Shown here piece after piece: positions 29,953 to 38,052 of a stretch of DNA of 64,000 bases. Within the stretch, counting starts at the first letter, position 1. Every line of letters begins with the position of its first letter. Below the pieces are notes generated by a model, which saw only the letters and a list, made by a program, of their open reading frames with translations, had not been told where the DNA came from and ran no database searches. A program made the translations under genes and the position numbers. Source of the stretch: a virus; the IMG/VR virus record IMGVR_UViG_3300045988_015843. One strand, written 5' to 3'.

Positions 29953-30312
29953 TCAGCGTGCTTCCGTGCGCGTTTGCGCAGGAGGCAGCTGTTGCAAGCT
30001 GTCGATGCCAGCAAGCTTGTTGTAGGCGTCGCAGAAGCGTCGGTATGCGCTTGAGACTGCGTATGCCTTGGCGTCGTCGCCGTCGTAGAAGGGATCGACT
30101 GAGTCGTCATCGATGCCGAGAGCTTCGAGCAGTGTGAGTGCTCGGTCAGCGAATTCTCGGTAGATAGCGAGAGAGTCTTCGGCGGTTACGCATCGCTTTT
30201 GGTAGGAGTAAGCGGCTGTGTTTCCGTCAGTTGTGCCAATAGCATGGCCAGCTACGAAGCCTACGAATAGGCAAATAGCTATGATTGCTGTAAGAGCAAG
30301 GGAGTTCTTCAT
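29953..30312 (-). CDS. putative exported protein (GC-rich paralog of 28760-29098)
   Basis: 119-aa ORF inside the GC-rich island, with an N-terminal hydrophobic helix and the conserved C-terminal motifs listed for the paralog. Confidence 0.6.
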   Translation of the reverse strand: MKNSLALTAIIAICLFVGFVAGHAIGTTDGNTAAYSYQKRCVTAEDSLAIYREFADRALTLLEALGIDDDSVDPFYDGDDAKAYAVSSAYRRFCDAYNKLAGIDSLQQLPPAQTRTEAR

Positions 30313-30384
30313 TGTCGTGAGTGTTTAAGAAGATGAATGAGGTCGTATTTGGAACGCCCGACCTCGATAGGCGTGATGGAGTGG

Positions 30385-30918
30385 TTATGCAGGAAGATCG
30401 TCGCTGTCAGCCGGTGCAATGCTGTCAGCTTCGTACTTCTTGTAGAAACCTGCGTGCAACAGTGAAGTTACGCGCTCGGTGGGAGAGAAACCTCTGCGAT
30501 AGTTCTGATCCATGTCTTTCCAGCTCACGACCGTGAACTTGGATTGAGGAACAGCGTTCTCACGGGGCTGACCGTTGTCATTGCAAGCGATGTACTGGTC
30601 CGGCATCTCAATCTCTTCGACGAAGACATTGGGAAGAACGTCGGCAGGGAACGGCTTGGACGCGTCTTTCAGCTGTGCAGGCTTCCATTGAGGACGACCC
30701 CATGCATCTGGGACGTCAGGAGCGCTGTCTGCATAGTGCTGACAGAACAGGTCGACAAGGTCCTTGTCGTAGCGGTTTGGTACGAGAACCATCTCGATGG
30801 TTTGTCCGAAGATTGGGTCACGTTCGTCCTTCAGCTTAACGCGGACTACTTTGTTACCTTTGGCTTTGCCTTCCTTCGTTACCGTGGTGATGATCACCGA
30901 TGTGATTTTTCCGTTCAT
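30385..30918 (-). CDS. hypothetical protein
   Basis: 177-aa ORF in the GC-rich island. The antisense ORF 30544-31008(+) is judged a shadow. Confidence 0.6.
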   Translation of the reverse strand: MNGKITSVIITTVTKEGKAKGNKVVRVKLKDERDPIFGQTIEMVLVPNRYDKDLVDLFCQHYADSAPDVPDAWGRPQWKPAQLKDASKPFPADVLPNVFVEEIEMPDQYIACNDNGQPRENAVPQSKFTVVSWKDMDQNYRRGFSPTERVTSLLHAGFYKKYEADSIAPADSDDLPA

Positions 30919-30965
30919 GATTTTGTGTGTTTAGCTGGGCAACGACCTCGCTGCCCTTCTTGCTG

Positions 30966-31023
30966 TGAGTACCGCAGGAATCGAACCTGCGAGTCATCAT
31001 CACGATGACGTACCATAGTACCC
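30966..31023 (-). ncRNA. D-arm-less tRNA-like element
   Basis: GGGTACT ATGGTAC GTCAT-CGTGATG-ATGAC TC GCAGG TTCGATT CCTGC GGTACTC A. The acceptor has 7 bp including two G-U pairs. Confidence 0.4.
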
Positions 31024-31254
31024 GAATACGGCCCCGAAGGGCCATATATTAATTTACATCCTTCGACGCCATTCTTTTGGGATGGGCAATATAAATACTG
31101 CCGGAAGAGTTTCTCGTCGAAGATTAATAGCAGAGTGTGCAAGTGCCCTGCTATACACCTTTCATGATCCTCATGCTCATGAAGGTCTTCCGCGCCATGC
31201 ACATCGCGTGAGCCTATATTATAAATAAATATAATTATGGCTAATCCACAGAAA

Positions 31255-31324
31255 AGAACGGGGTTGGATAAGGAGACCGAAGGTCGACCAAGAACGGGTT
31301 TGGATAAGGAGCTCGAAGAGCGAC
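31255..31324 (-). repeat. Two tandem copies of the GGGTTGGATAAGGAG + 4-bp hairpin + GAC motif
   Basis: 31255-31288 reads AGAACGGGGTTGGATAAGGAG-ACC GAA GGT-CGAC. 31291-31324 reads AGAACGGGTTTGGATAAGGAG-CTC GAA GAG-CGAC. The stems covary. Confidence 0.6.
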
Positions 31325-31399
31325 AGAGGTCCTAAAAACAGCAAGGTGTGTCCGCCAAGCTGTTAAAAGAAGAAGCAAGCGGCCGAAGCCGCCTGCCTG

Positions 31400-31591
31400 T
31401 TAGAAGTCGGATCTAACAACGAGTGGTTCGATGAACCAGTTCTGATGCTCACGCATCCAATCGCCGTACTTGTCCAGAAGTTCGTCCACAATCATAGGTG
31501 CAGAACGTCTGTAATTATATCCGAGGATCGGAGTGTCATGTTCTGTCTTACCCTTCATGTACTCAATCTTAATTACCAGTCTAACTATCAT
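31400..31591 (-). CDS. small hypothetical protein
   Basis: Start taken at MIVRLVIKIEYMKG, because the longer track ORF runs over the repeat motif at 31631-31661. Confidence 0.5.
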   Translation of the reverse strand: MIVRLVIKIEYMKGKTEHDTPILGYNYRRSAPMIVDELLDKYGDWMREHQNWFIEPLVVRSDF

Positions 31592-31630
31592 AATCGTAAA
31601 TTTTAAGTTAATGCTAATCAGAAGAAAGGT

Positions 31631-31661
31631 ACAGGGTTGGATAAAGAGGACGAAGTCCGAC
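31631..31661 (-). repeat. Third copy of the GGGTTGGATAA(A)GAG + hairpin + GAC motif
   Basis: ACAGGGTTGGATAAAGAG-GAC GAA GTC-CGAC, about 40 nt upstream of the ATG at 31591 on the minus strand. Confidence 0.55.
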
Positions 31662-31714
31662 CCCCGGGGGTACCTTGGGTGCACCGGACCATGGGGGAGG
31701 TGCTATGGGAGACT

Positions 31715-31795
31715 TTCCCGTTTAAATATGTTCAAAATAAAATTTTAAATTATCACATTCCCGTTTAAATACATATGAAATAAAAATTTTATTAT
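31715..31795 (-). repeat. ~40-bp tandem direct repeat in an AT-rich promoter-like gap
   Basis: TTCCCGTTTAAATA occurs at 31715-31728 and 31758-31771. Each copy is followed by ATG..AAATAAAATTTT-like sequence. Confidence 0.5.
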
Positions 31796-31799
31796 TTTT

Positions 31800-31840
31800 A
31801 AACAAAAATAAAATAAAAAATCCAACCCGAAGGCTGGATT
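31800..31840 (-). terminator. Rho-independent terminator of the 36350-31846 minus-strand block
   Basis: Minus-strand read: AATCCAGCC-TTCG-GGTTGGATT followed by TTTTTATTTTATTTTT, directly after the TAA of 31846-32052. Confidence 0.7.
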
Positions 31841-31845
31841 TCTTA

Positions 31846-32052
31846 TTAATTCAGTCTGACATTAAATCCCTGAAGATAATCGTGTTGATAAGTATTTAGC
31901 ATATTTAATGCATTCTCAGCAGCATCATCATCGGCTCCAAAACTGTGCATAAAAAACTTTTTAACAATTTTTTTGTTTGTGGGCGACAGATCACTCACAG
32001 GAACTACTTTGCCAGTCAATCTATTTACGATATTGCTGTATTCGCAAACCAC
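31846..32052 (-). CDS. small hypothetical protein
   Basis: 68-aa ORF, last gene before the terminator. Confidence 0.5.
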   Translation of the reverse strand: MVCEYSNIVNRLTGKVVPVSDLSPTNKKIVKKFFMHSFGADDDAAENALNMLNTYQHDYLQGFNVRLN

Positions 32053-32981
32053 TCTTCAGGATTAGACATCCATTTTTTACTGTAATACGGACTTTTCATA
32101 TCCGTCAAGTTTATCAAATGTTCAGTGTATGGGTTTATTTTTTCGAGAGATCCGTTATGCAGAAAATCGTTCACTATATCAGTCTCATCTCTAAATAACT
32201 CGGGATTAACATTGTAATAATGGATATTATCGTTATATACACTAAGTGGCTTCATAGTATTCCAAACTGTATGCTCATGCCCATCGGGATAGACCGTTGC
32301 GCCATAGTTATATTCATTAGCTCTGTTAATAACAGCATGTGTAGTTTCATGTGCGAGCTAACCTTTCCTATACATATCGAACGGATACATCATTCTAGTG
32401 TCAGGTCCACGAAACACCTTAGTTACTACACTATTATTATACGGCTAAAACTCTGCTTCGCTGCCATAATAATGCCTAACCGGTTTAATAGATGGTTTGA
32501 CATCATTAAAGCCAGGATACAACTTTTTACCAATATAATTATGTACAAGGTCATCATACACGTAATTCATGTAATCAGATTCTTTCTTTGTACGACGTTG
32601 TATAGCACGGTCTATTGGACCAAATGCGTAGTTTCCTCTAAACATTTCACGTATAGATGTTGCTGGATACTTCAACATATCATTCAAGAACGGACTTTTT
32701 ATATTTAGATTTTTCGCATATTTATTAAGCGCGTGGCCACCGGCACCACCAGCTATACCAGCTAGCATCACTGTGGGATATTTAACATAATCTGGAAGAT
32801 TTTGGTCTTTCATAAGCGCATACGCTCCGGCCTCAGAACCGACACCAACAACCGCAGGATGTAGTATAGAATCTAAATTGTTAAGAGGCTTTAGTTCTGG
32901 AAGCGTCTGTATACTCATCAACTAGTCCATATCATGAACCGGAGTGCTACGTTTAAATAACCATGGCTTTAAATAATTCAT
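32025..32981 (-). CDS. HExxH zinc metallopeptidase-like protein (3 in-frame TAG)
   Basis: Track ORFs 32445-32921 and 32025-32255 and the gap between them are a single frame joined by TAG at 32922-32924, 32445-32447 and 32358-32360. The motif LAHETTHAV lies in the bridged part. The start at ATG 32981 is uncertain. Confidence 0.6.
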
Positions 32982-33064
32982 CGCAGGGACATAATATCCA
33001 GGGTTCAATGCATTACCAATGAGTTGACTTGTATAATCAGCTGTGTTCTCACTCAACCCAATTC

Positions 33065-33553
33065 TTATAGAGGATTACTAAACAACCTCTAACCTGCTTC
33101 TGAATAATCGTAACCAGTTGTTGCTTTCAATGCTGCATCAGCACCTAATCCGTACAATACCTGATTTGTAAACTATTGCACAGCTGGATTACCACCAAGT
33201 ACCAACCCGGCTCCGTATATCTCAGGTAGCCATAGCGGTGCTGTAGCAGCTCCGACAGTACCCATTATAACTTTGTCAACATTCCCAGCAGTCTATTGCA
33301 TTCTACGCTGACCATATTGTCTCCAATAATCTGGTGCGGCTTTATTGATCTACCCACCTGTTTTAGGATCGTATTTAACAGTTACTTCATCTAATGGATG
33401 TTCAACGTTGTACGTATTACCAGATGCATCAGCCCACTGACCTGAATCATTCATATACGTATATGTTGGAGATCCATTGACACTGTTTAAGAAAGCTGGC
33501 AACCACTAATTACCAACCTTCATTACTTTATTTGTTTGTCTTATTTTAGGCAT
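33065..33553 (-). CDS. hypothetical Gly-rich protein (5 in-frame TAG)
   Basis: ATG 33553 to TAA 33065-33067 was checked triplet by triplet. The only in-frame stops are TAG, at 33506, 33350, 33293, 33173 and 33089. The gene is invisible in the standard-code ORF track. Confidence 0.6.
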
Positions 33554-33623
33554 AATAAAAAAGAGCCTACTTAACGTAGGCCCTGAATAAATTTGTTTAA
33601 GTATTATAGATCTAATATATTTG

Positions 33624-34310
33624 TTATGCCCTCATCTTCATGGGACTTTTTGTTATCTCCAGAGGAAGCATTTGATCTACGAAATCAATTAGATAAAGAT
33701 GTTCTTTTCCGTATATCTGATCTTTTGGAACAGTATTCATAATCTTTCTGTTGTACTTTTTAGCTTGAGACTCAAGAGATCCTTTGAAGTAATTCTTGAA
33801 AGACATTGTACCGTGTAACTCGTGGCAATTACCACTCCAAGGAGCATCCTTAGCGAATAGATAACCTCTGTTGTATAAACTATCATTGTTGTTACAAATA
33901 CCATTCGTCCATTCTTTATACGACTTTATTCCAACTCTCCATAAGTTAGGATAAAAGTCACATAGAGAACAATGACAATAATCATTTACACTCTCAGCTA
34001 TGAATCTTTTCTCAACAGCCTTTGAGCCTTTTTCAAGCCATATACGATAAATAGCGTCTGGATATAGTCTATCGAAGAAGTCACATATGCACTGTATTGA
34101 TGCGAATGTTTCATCAAACTCTGCAGCACCATGACATACTCTCCATTTATTTCCATCTCTACAAACACGTACATCAAACATACGAACTCCATGCTCATAC
34201 TGTTCAGCTATGTTCATGTTCTGAGCTTTCCATGTTCTACGCACTAAAGACTTATTGTATATACCCTTAGTAGCTTTATGGAACGTATAACTATCATGTG
34301 ATCCTATCAT
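33624..34310 (-). CDS. PI-PLC X-domain-like phosphodiesterase
   Basis: N-terminal GSHDSYT ... RMFDVRV ... CHG resembles the PI-PLC X-box catalytic signature. Confidence 0.5.
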   Translation of the reverse strand: MIGSHDSYTFHKATKGIYNKSLVRRTWKAQNMNIAEQYEHGVRMFDVRVCRDGNKWRVCHGAAEFDETFASIQCICDFFDRLYPDAIYRIWLEKGSKAVEKRFIAESVNDYCHCSLCDFYPNLWRVGIKSYKEWTNGICNNNDSLYNRGYLFAKDAPWSGNCHELHGTMSFKNYFKGSLESQAKKYNRKIMNTVPKDQIYGKEHLYLIDFVDQMLPLEITKSPMKMRA

Positions 34311-34567
34311 ACCTCAGTCGCTTTTAACAGTTCGATATATTTGTTTCGTAACTCATCATCTTTAACTGGATCTAAGATCTTATCCCAATCCAACACAGAT
34401 GGCTCATCTTTTGTTTCAGCCTCATATTTAGCAATAATAGCTTGTTTCGTATCTTCATCAAGCTTATCATTATCAGCTGATATAATTGATGCAAATGCTA
34501 TATACATAAGCTGTTTAGACAACGAAGTATTTACATCAATGTTATTTGTATGTTCTATATTATCCAT
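34307..34567 (-). CDS. small acidic hypothetical protein
   Basis: 86-aa ORF. Its ATG overlaps the TAA of the upstream read-through ORF (ATGGATAA). Confidence 0.55.
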   Translation of the reverse strand: MDNIEHTNNIDVNTSLSKQLMYIAFASIISADNDKLDEDTKQAIIAKYEAETKDEPSVLDWDKILDPVKDDELRNKYIELLKATEV

Positions 34568-35012
34568 GATTTTTATTTTTAGATTTTTTCAATGGTACAA
34601 ACGCATATTCACACGCATATGATGATATCATTTTTTTCTTTTTGTTTTTATTTTTATCTGCAGCTGGATATTTGCCAACCTCAAACAGGTTATCTGATGT
34701 ATATAACTTACCTATTGGCACTAACTCTATTGGTTTACCAGTGTACCAAACCTCGCCTGTTATATGAGCATCTGGACATTGTTTTTTCGTAGGTTTATGA
34801 ACCTTTATCTTCTAATTAACTGGCACATATACTACGTATGAATAATTAAAGCGAAGTGTGCCTTGCGCAGCCAAACATCCTATCAACGAGTCACTGAAGC
34901 ATAATCTAGGAGTTTTGTTATCTTCATGACCATTCTCGGTGAGACCATTGATAGGAATGGTTGGTGTCATCGTTATCTTATCTGCATAAAAACTATCAAT
35001 CCTGTATAACAT
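34560..35012 (-). CDS. hypothetical protein (1 in-frame TAG)
   Basis: Track ORF 34812-35012 stops at TAG 34812-34814. The same frame stays open to TAA 34560-34562 and then overlaps the next start codon in the usual way. Confidence 0.6.
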
Positions 35013-35808
35013 CGTTTAGTATATCTGATATTTGATGTGCTATTAGTTGAGCATCTGGATGAGCTCCTTTAGCTAATCTTAACTTTAACATTTTATCCCA
35101 ATCATCTATGAATCCTGTCATAACAAACTCAGTCTTAATTCCACAAGGGAGAAGATCTCTAGCTCGTTCAGCTTTCAAACCTTTAGATAACAAGGTCTTA
35201 TATACGGATTCAGATGCTGTTATATGATCTTTAAACAGCTTCTTTGTTTCAGCATCATACGTATTCCAGTCAGACGGATAGATATATTCAAGATCTCCGT
35301 TATACGTAACATACCTTGTACTTTCTTGCAGGAATGAAAATACTCTATGTCTCATGAATGATTGAGAGTTAATCCTGTTGCACGTAATCCTGAATGAATA
35401 ACGCTTTACGTGAAGCTTATGGGGCTCTGTGAGATATTTGAGATCGTAAGTCCAACCATTCTCGATAACCATTCGATAGTTTGTTGTTATGTATGCATTT
35501 CCATCAAACTCGATAACTCTAGAATACTTGTTTTGTTGATACATCTTAACCATCCCTTTGTACAACTTCTCGGTTTTAGGTATTGTCAAATAGATCGTAG
35601 CATGCTCTAATGCTGCACCATGGTTGTACGATATGAGTTTATTAGTAAATGCCTCAGCTGTTGTAGAACGCCCATTCTCATCAAAAGACATATTCTTCTC
35701 TGATTTGTACGAAGTTCTACCAGCAAGCTCAACCATTTCGAATATTCCAAGTTTGTCGTACTGCTGAGTAAGTAATTCAACATGTGGTTTAATCATCTTC
35801 ATAATCAA
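34996..35808 (-). CDS. thyX: flavin-dependent thymidylate synthase
   Basis: ThyX signature RHRVFSFLQESTRY (RHRxxSxxxxSxR) in a 270-aa ORF. Confidence 0.85.
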   Translation of the reverse strand: MIMKMIKPHVELLTQQYDKLGIFEMVELAGRTSYKSEKNMSFDENGRSTTAEAFTNKLISYNHGAALEHATIYLTIPKTEKLYKGMVKMYQQNKYSRVIEFDGNAYITTNYRMVIENGWTYDLKYLTEPHKLHVKRYSFRITCNRINSQSFMRHRVFSFLQESTRYVTYNGDLEYIYPSDWNTYDAETKKLFKDHITASESVYKTLLSKGLKAERARDLLPCGIKTEFVMTGFIDDWDKMLKLRLAKGAHPDAQLIAHQISDILNDVIQD

Positions 35809-35873
35809 CGTTGTTATATATTCTTAATAACTTCTTCTATGCTTGTATCATGCGATCAACAGATTTTACATAT

Positions 35874-36350
35874 TCAGGATCTGTTGCTGTTGATTTTAGC
35901 CTAGACGTGCGCTACATATTTTGTGCACTCTTTTGTTTCTGGTCCGTGTTCTCCTTGTGTGACATAGTGATATGATTGATTCTATTTAAACTCGTTGTAT
36001 TTTCTATATGCTTTGCTTCGTATGTATCTATCACTATCTCGATGTATGTGTTTTAACATAGACTCTCCTGTAACGCATCCTGAGACTCCTAGGTTGCAAA
36101 TATTGTCTAAAAAAGATAAAATTCCATCTTCTCCAAACTATTTTTTTAATATTCCATATGTCTCTGTTGCTTGTACAACATAAGGATTGTGTTTATCGTA
36201 CATTGGATCAACACCAGCTATATACGAAATATTCATAGGAATCTTGTGTATATAGAAATATTTGCATGTATCTGTTACAGGAACTGATTTCTACTACATA
36301 GATAAGAAATCCGCATAATACAAAATAGCACTTAATTCAAACTTATTCAT
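35874..36350 (-). CDS. hypothetical protein (5 in-frame TAG)
   Basis: ATG 36350 to TGA 35874-35876 was checked triplet by triplet. In-frame TAG occurs at 36294, 36291, 36138, 35982 and 35901, with no TAA/TGA. The N-terminus is MNKFELSAILYYADFLSM. Confidence 0.6.
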
Positions 36351-36353
36351 GTT

Positions 36354-36550
36354 ATCTAATATAATCTAATTAGTCTCATGAGTCTATGTAGGGACGTAAG
36401 AAGTAATATTATATAGTCTTACTTTCCTAAGGAGACTCATGTTATATTATATATAGTCTTACTTATTATCATGAGACTCATGTATATATTATTAGTCTTA
36501 CTATTCTACTTAGACTCATGTTATTATATTAGCTAATATAATCTAATATA
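36354..36550. repeat. Iteron-like repeats in the divergent intergenic region
   Basis: TAGTCTTACT-(8-11 nt)-(G)AGACTCATGT units start at 36414, 36454 and 36493 (spacing 40 and 39 bp), plus a related TAGTCTCATGAGTCTA at 36371. They are bracketed by direct repeats CTAATATAATCTAAT at 36356-36370 and 36533-36547. Confidence 0.65.
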
Positions 36551-36659
36551 GTTTATATATAATATAATATTCCCCCGAAGCTCTCGTGGCTGTAACGTAT
36601 TAACTAAGCGTTTTGGTTTCACAAGCTATGAAAAAATTTATAAAAAAATAAATTTTTAA

Positions 36660-36667
36660 TATTTTTG
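36660..36667 (+). promoter_or_regulatory. Possible Bacteroidota-type -7 box (TAnnTTTG)
   Basis: TATTTTTG lies 59 nt upstream of ATG 36726 in an AT-rich leader. This is a single-motif match only. Confidence 0.25.
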
Positions 36668-36725
36668 CAACCAAAATGCGCACTTCATACGTTACTGCCC
36701 CAGTAATTTAAAACAACAGATTGCT

Positions 36726-37130
36726 ATGACAAAGAAATTAGAAGTGATTGAACCGTTCTTCGGACTTGAACTTGGTGATGTTATGAATCTCTCTGATGAC
36801 GAAAAGTCTTATGTTGCAGAGTATAATTCTGCATACAAGGAGAATGACGATGATGATTCTTCTGTAAAGGCTACCTATTCGTCCAAGTGCTCTATCTCTG
36901 TCGATTATGCAAAAGAGCTTATTGACGAGGGCATGCTTAAGGAGCTCATTGATAAATCAGAGCCGTTTATAAATGTGTTTGATGAGATCGATTCATTGAT
37001 TGAGAAGTATACGTATGACCTGAACAAGGTTGATACACAGGATATGCCTGAGTGTATGAAGGTCGAACAACGTACAGTGATGCTTAATCTCATCAAAGTT
37101 CTTAACTATTTAAAGGGTCTTAAGAAGTAA
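36726..37130 (+). CDS. acidic hypothetical protein
   Basis: 134-aa ORF, first gene of the plus-strand block. TAG-free. Confidence 0.65.
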   Translation: MTKKLEVIEPFFGLELGDVMNLSDDEKSYVAEYNSAYKENDDDDSSVKATYSSKCSISVDYAKELIDEGMLKELIDKSEPFINVFDEIDSLIEKYTYDLNKVDTQDMPECMKVEQRTVMLNLIKVLNYLKGLKK

Positions 37131-37546
37131 TGCAAGAGAAGATTAATCAGAAACCTTTAGCTGAGGATGTAAGTAATAAGATCAAATATGAGTTCTTTGA
37201 CAGCTTTTTAGTAAAGCCGCTTACACCAGTAAAGGTCAAGAAGGAATTCAGTACACCGATTGCGACAGATAAGCCTAAGGCTGATAAGAACGGAATCGAG
37301 GCAACTGATTATGATAAAGTAAAGAAAGAAGTTAAAGAGGTTGATTCAGACTATTTAACAGGTATTGTACTTAAGGTTCCATACAGATATACTAAATGGA
37401 TGGGTAATGAGAAGAGTTATGATCTTCCTCCGATACATGTTGGAGATACGATTTTCTATAAAGCCAGACACTTTGAGTACTTCGATCTTGTTAAAGACTC
37501 TCATCTAGTACGACAATTTGACATTATCGGAAAGGTCCATGATTGA
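37130..37546 (+). CDS. hypothetical protein
   Basis: 138-aa ORF. Its start overlaps the previous stop (TAATG). Confidence 0.65.
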   Translation: MQEKINQKPLAEDVSNKIKYEFFDSFLVKPLTPVKVKKEFSTPIATDKPKADKNGIEATDYDKVKKEVKEVDSDYLTGIVLKVPYRYTKWMGNEKSYDLPPIHVGDTIFYKARHFEYFDLVKDSHLVRQFDIIGKVHD

Positions 37547-37748
37547 TGTTAATAGTTTGAGCAATCAAATATCTAAAGAACTCAATATTGATAAAAACAT
37601 TGTCAATGATGTTATACACCAGGTATTTGATTGTACAGCAACGATTATGAAAGACCCGAATGATCAAAGAGATATATTGTTTGCTAAGTTATTTAAATTT
37701 AAATTAAAACCAAGATTTAAACATGAAAACGATTGCAGCGACGTATAA
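37539..37748 (+). CDS. HU/IHF-like DNA-binding protein (short)
   Basis: MIDVNSLSNQISKELNIDKNIVNDVIHQVFDCTATIMK...LFKFKLKPR follows the HU/IHF helix-helix-beta-arm pattern. Confidence 0.4.
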   Translation: MIDVNSLSNQISKELNIDKNIVNDVIHQVFDCTATIMKDPNDQRDILFAKLFKFKLKPRFKHENDCSDV

Positions 37749-38052
37749 TTCAGATGTACTTATTGTCGATACAGAAACCGCTAATATCGAACCGCTTGAT
37801 GTACAAAGGAATGCGTGCAACAGAGTATACATGGCTCCTGAAGATATGCATTTCAAGTTCATAGATCGCGACAGGAGTGTTGAAGAGTTCGATGTTAAAG
37901 CTGGCGATATTATACTTGCGTTTTGGGATACAGATTTTCCGCACAAGTATATAAAGATAACATCTGACGAGTGGAAAGAAAACCTCGATAACTATAATAA
38001 ACGAATGAAAGAACTTAAAACAATTAACGATGAAGTCAATGAAGCCTGTTAA
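37723..38052 (+). CDS. hypothetical protein
   Basis: 109-aa ORF. Confidence 0.55.
   Translation: MKTIAATYNSDVLIVDTETANIEPLDVQRNACNRVYMAPEDMHFKFIDRDRSVEEFDVKAGDIILAFWDTDFPHKYIKITSDEWKENLDNYNKRMKELKTINDEVNEAC

Noticed and set aside
30915-31202. 95-aa minus-strand ORF
   Set aside because: It overlaps the tRNA-like element at 30966-31023 and has His/Arg-rich, low-complexity composition typical of a chance ORF in GC-rich DNA. The same reasoning applies to antisense shadow ORFs such as 7055-7507(+), 14921-15505(+), 30544-31008(+), 42736-43188(-), 54482-55015(-) and 56118-56750(-).
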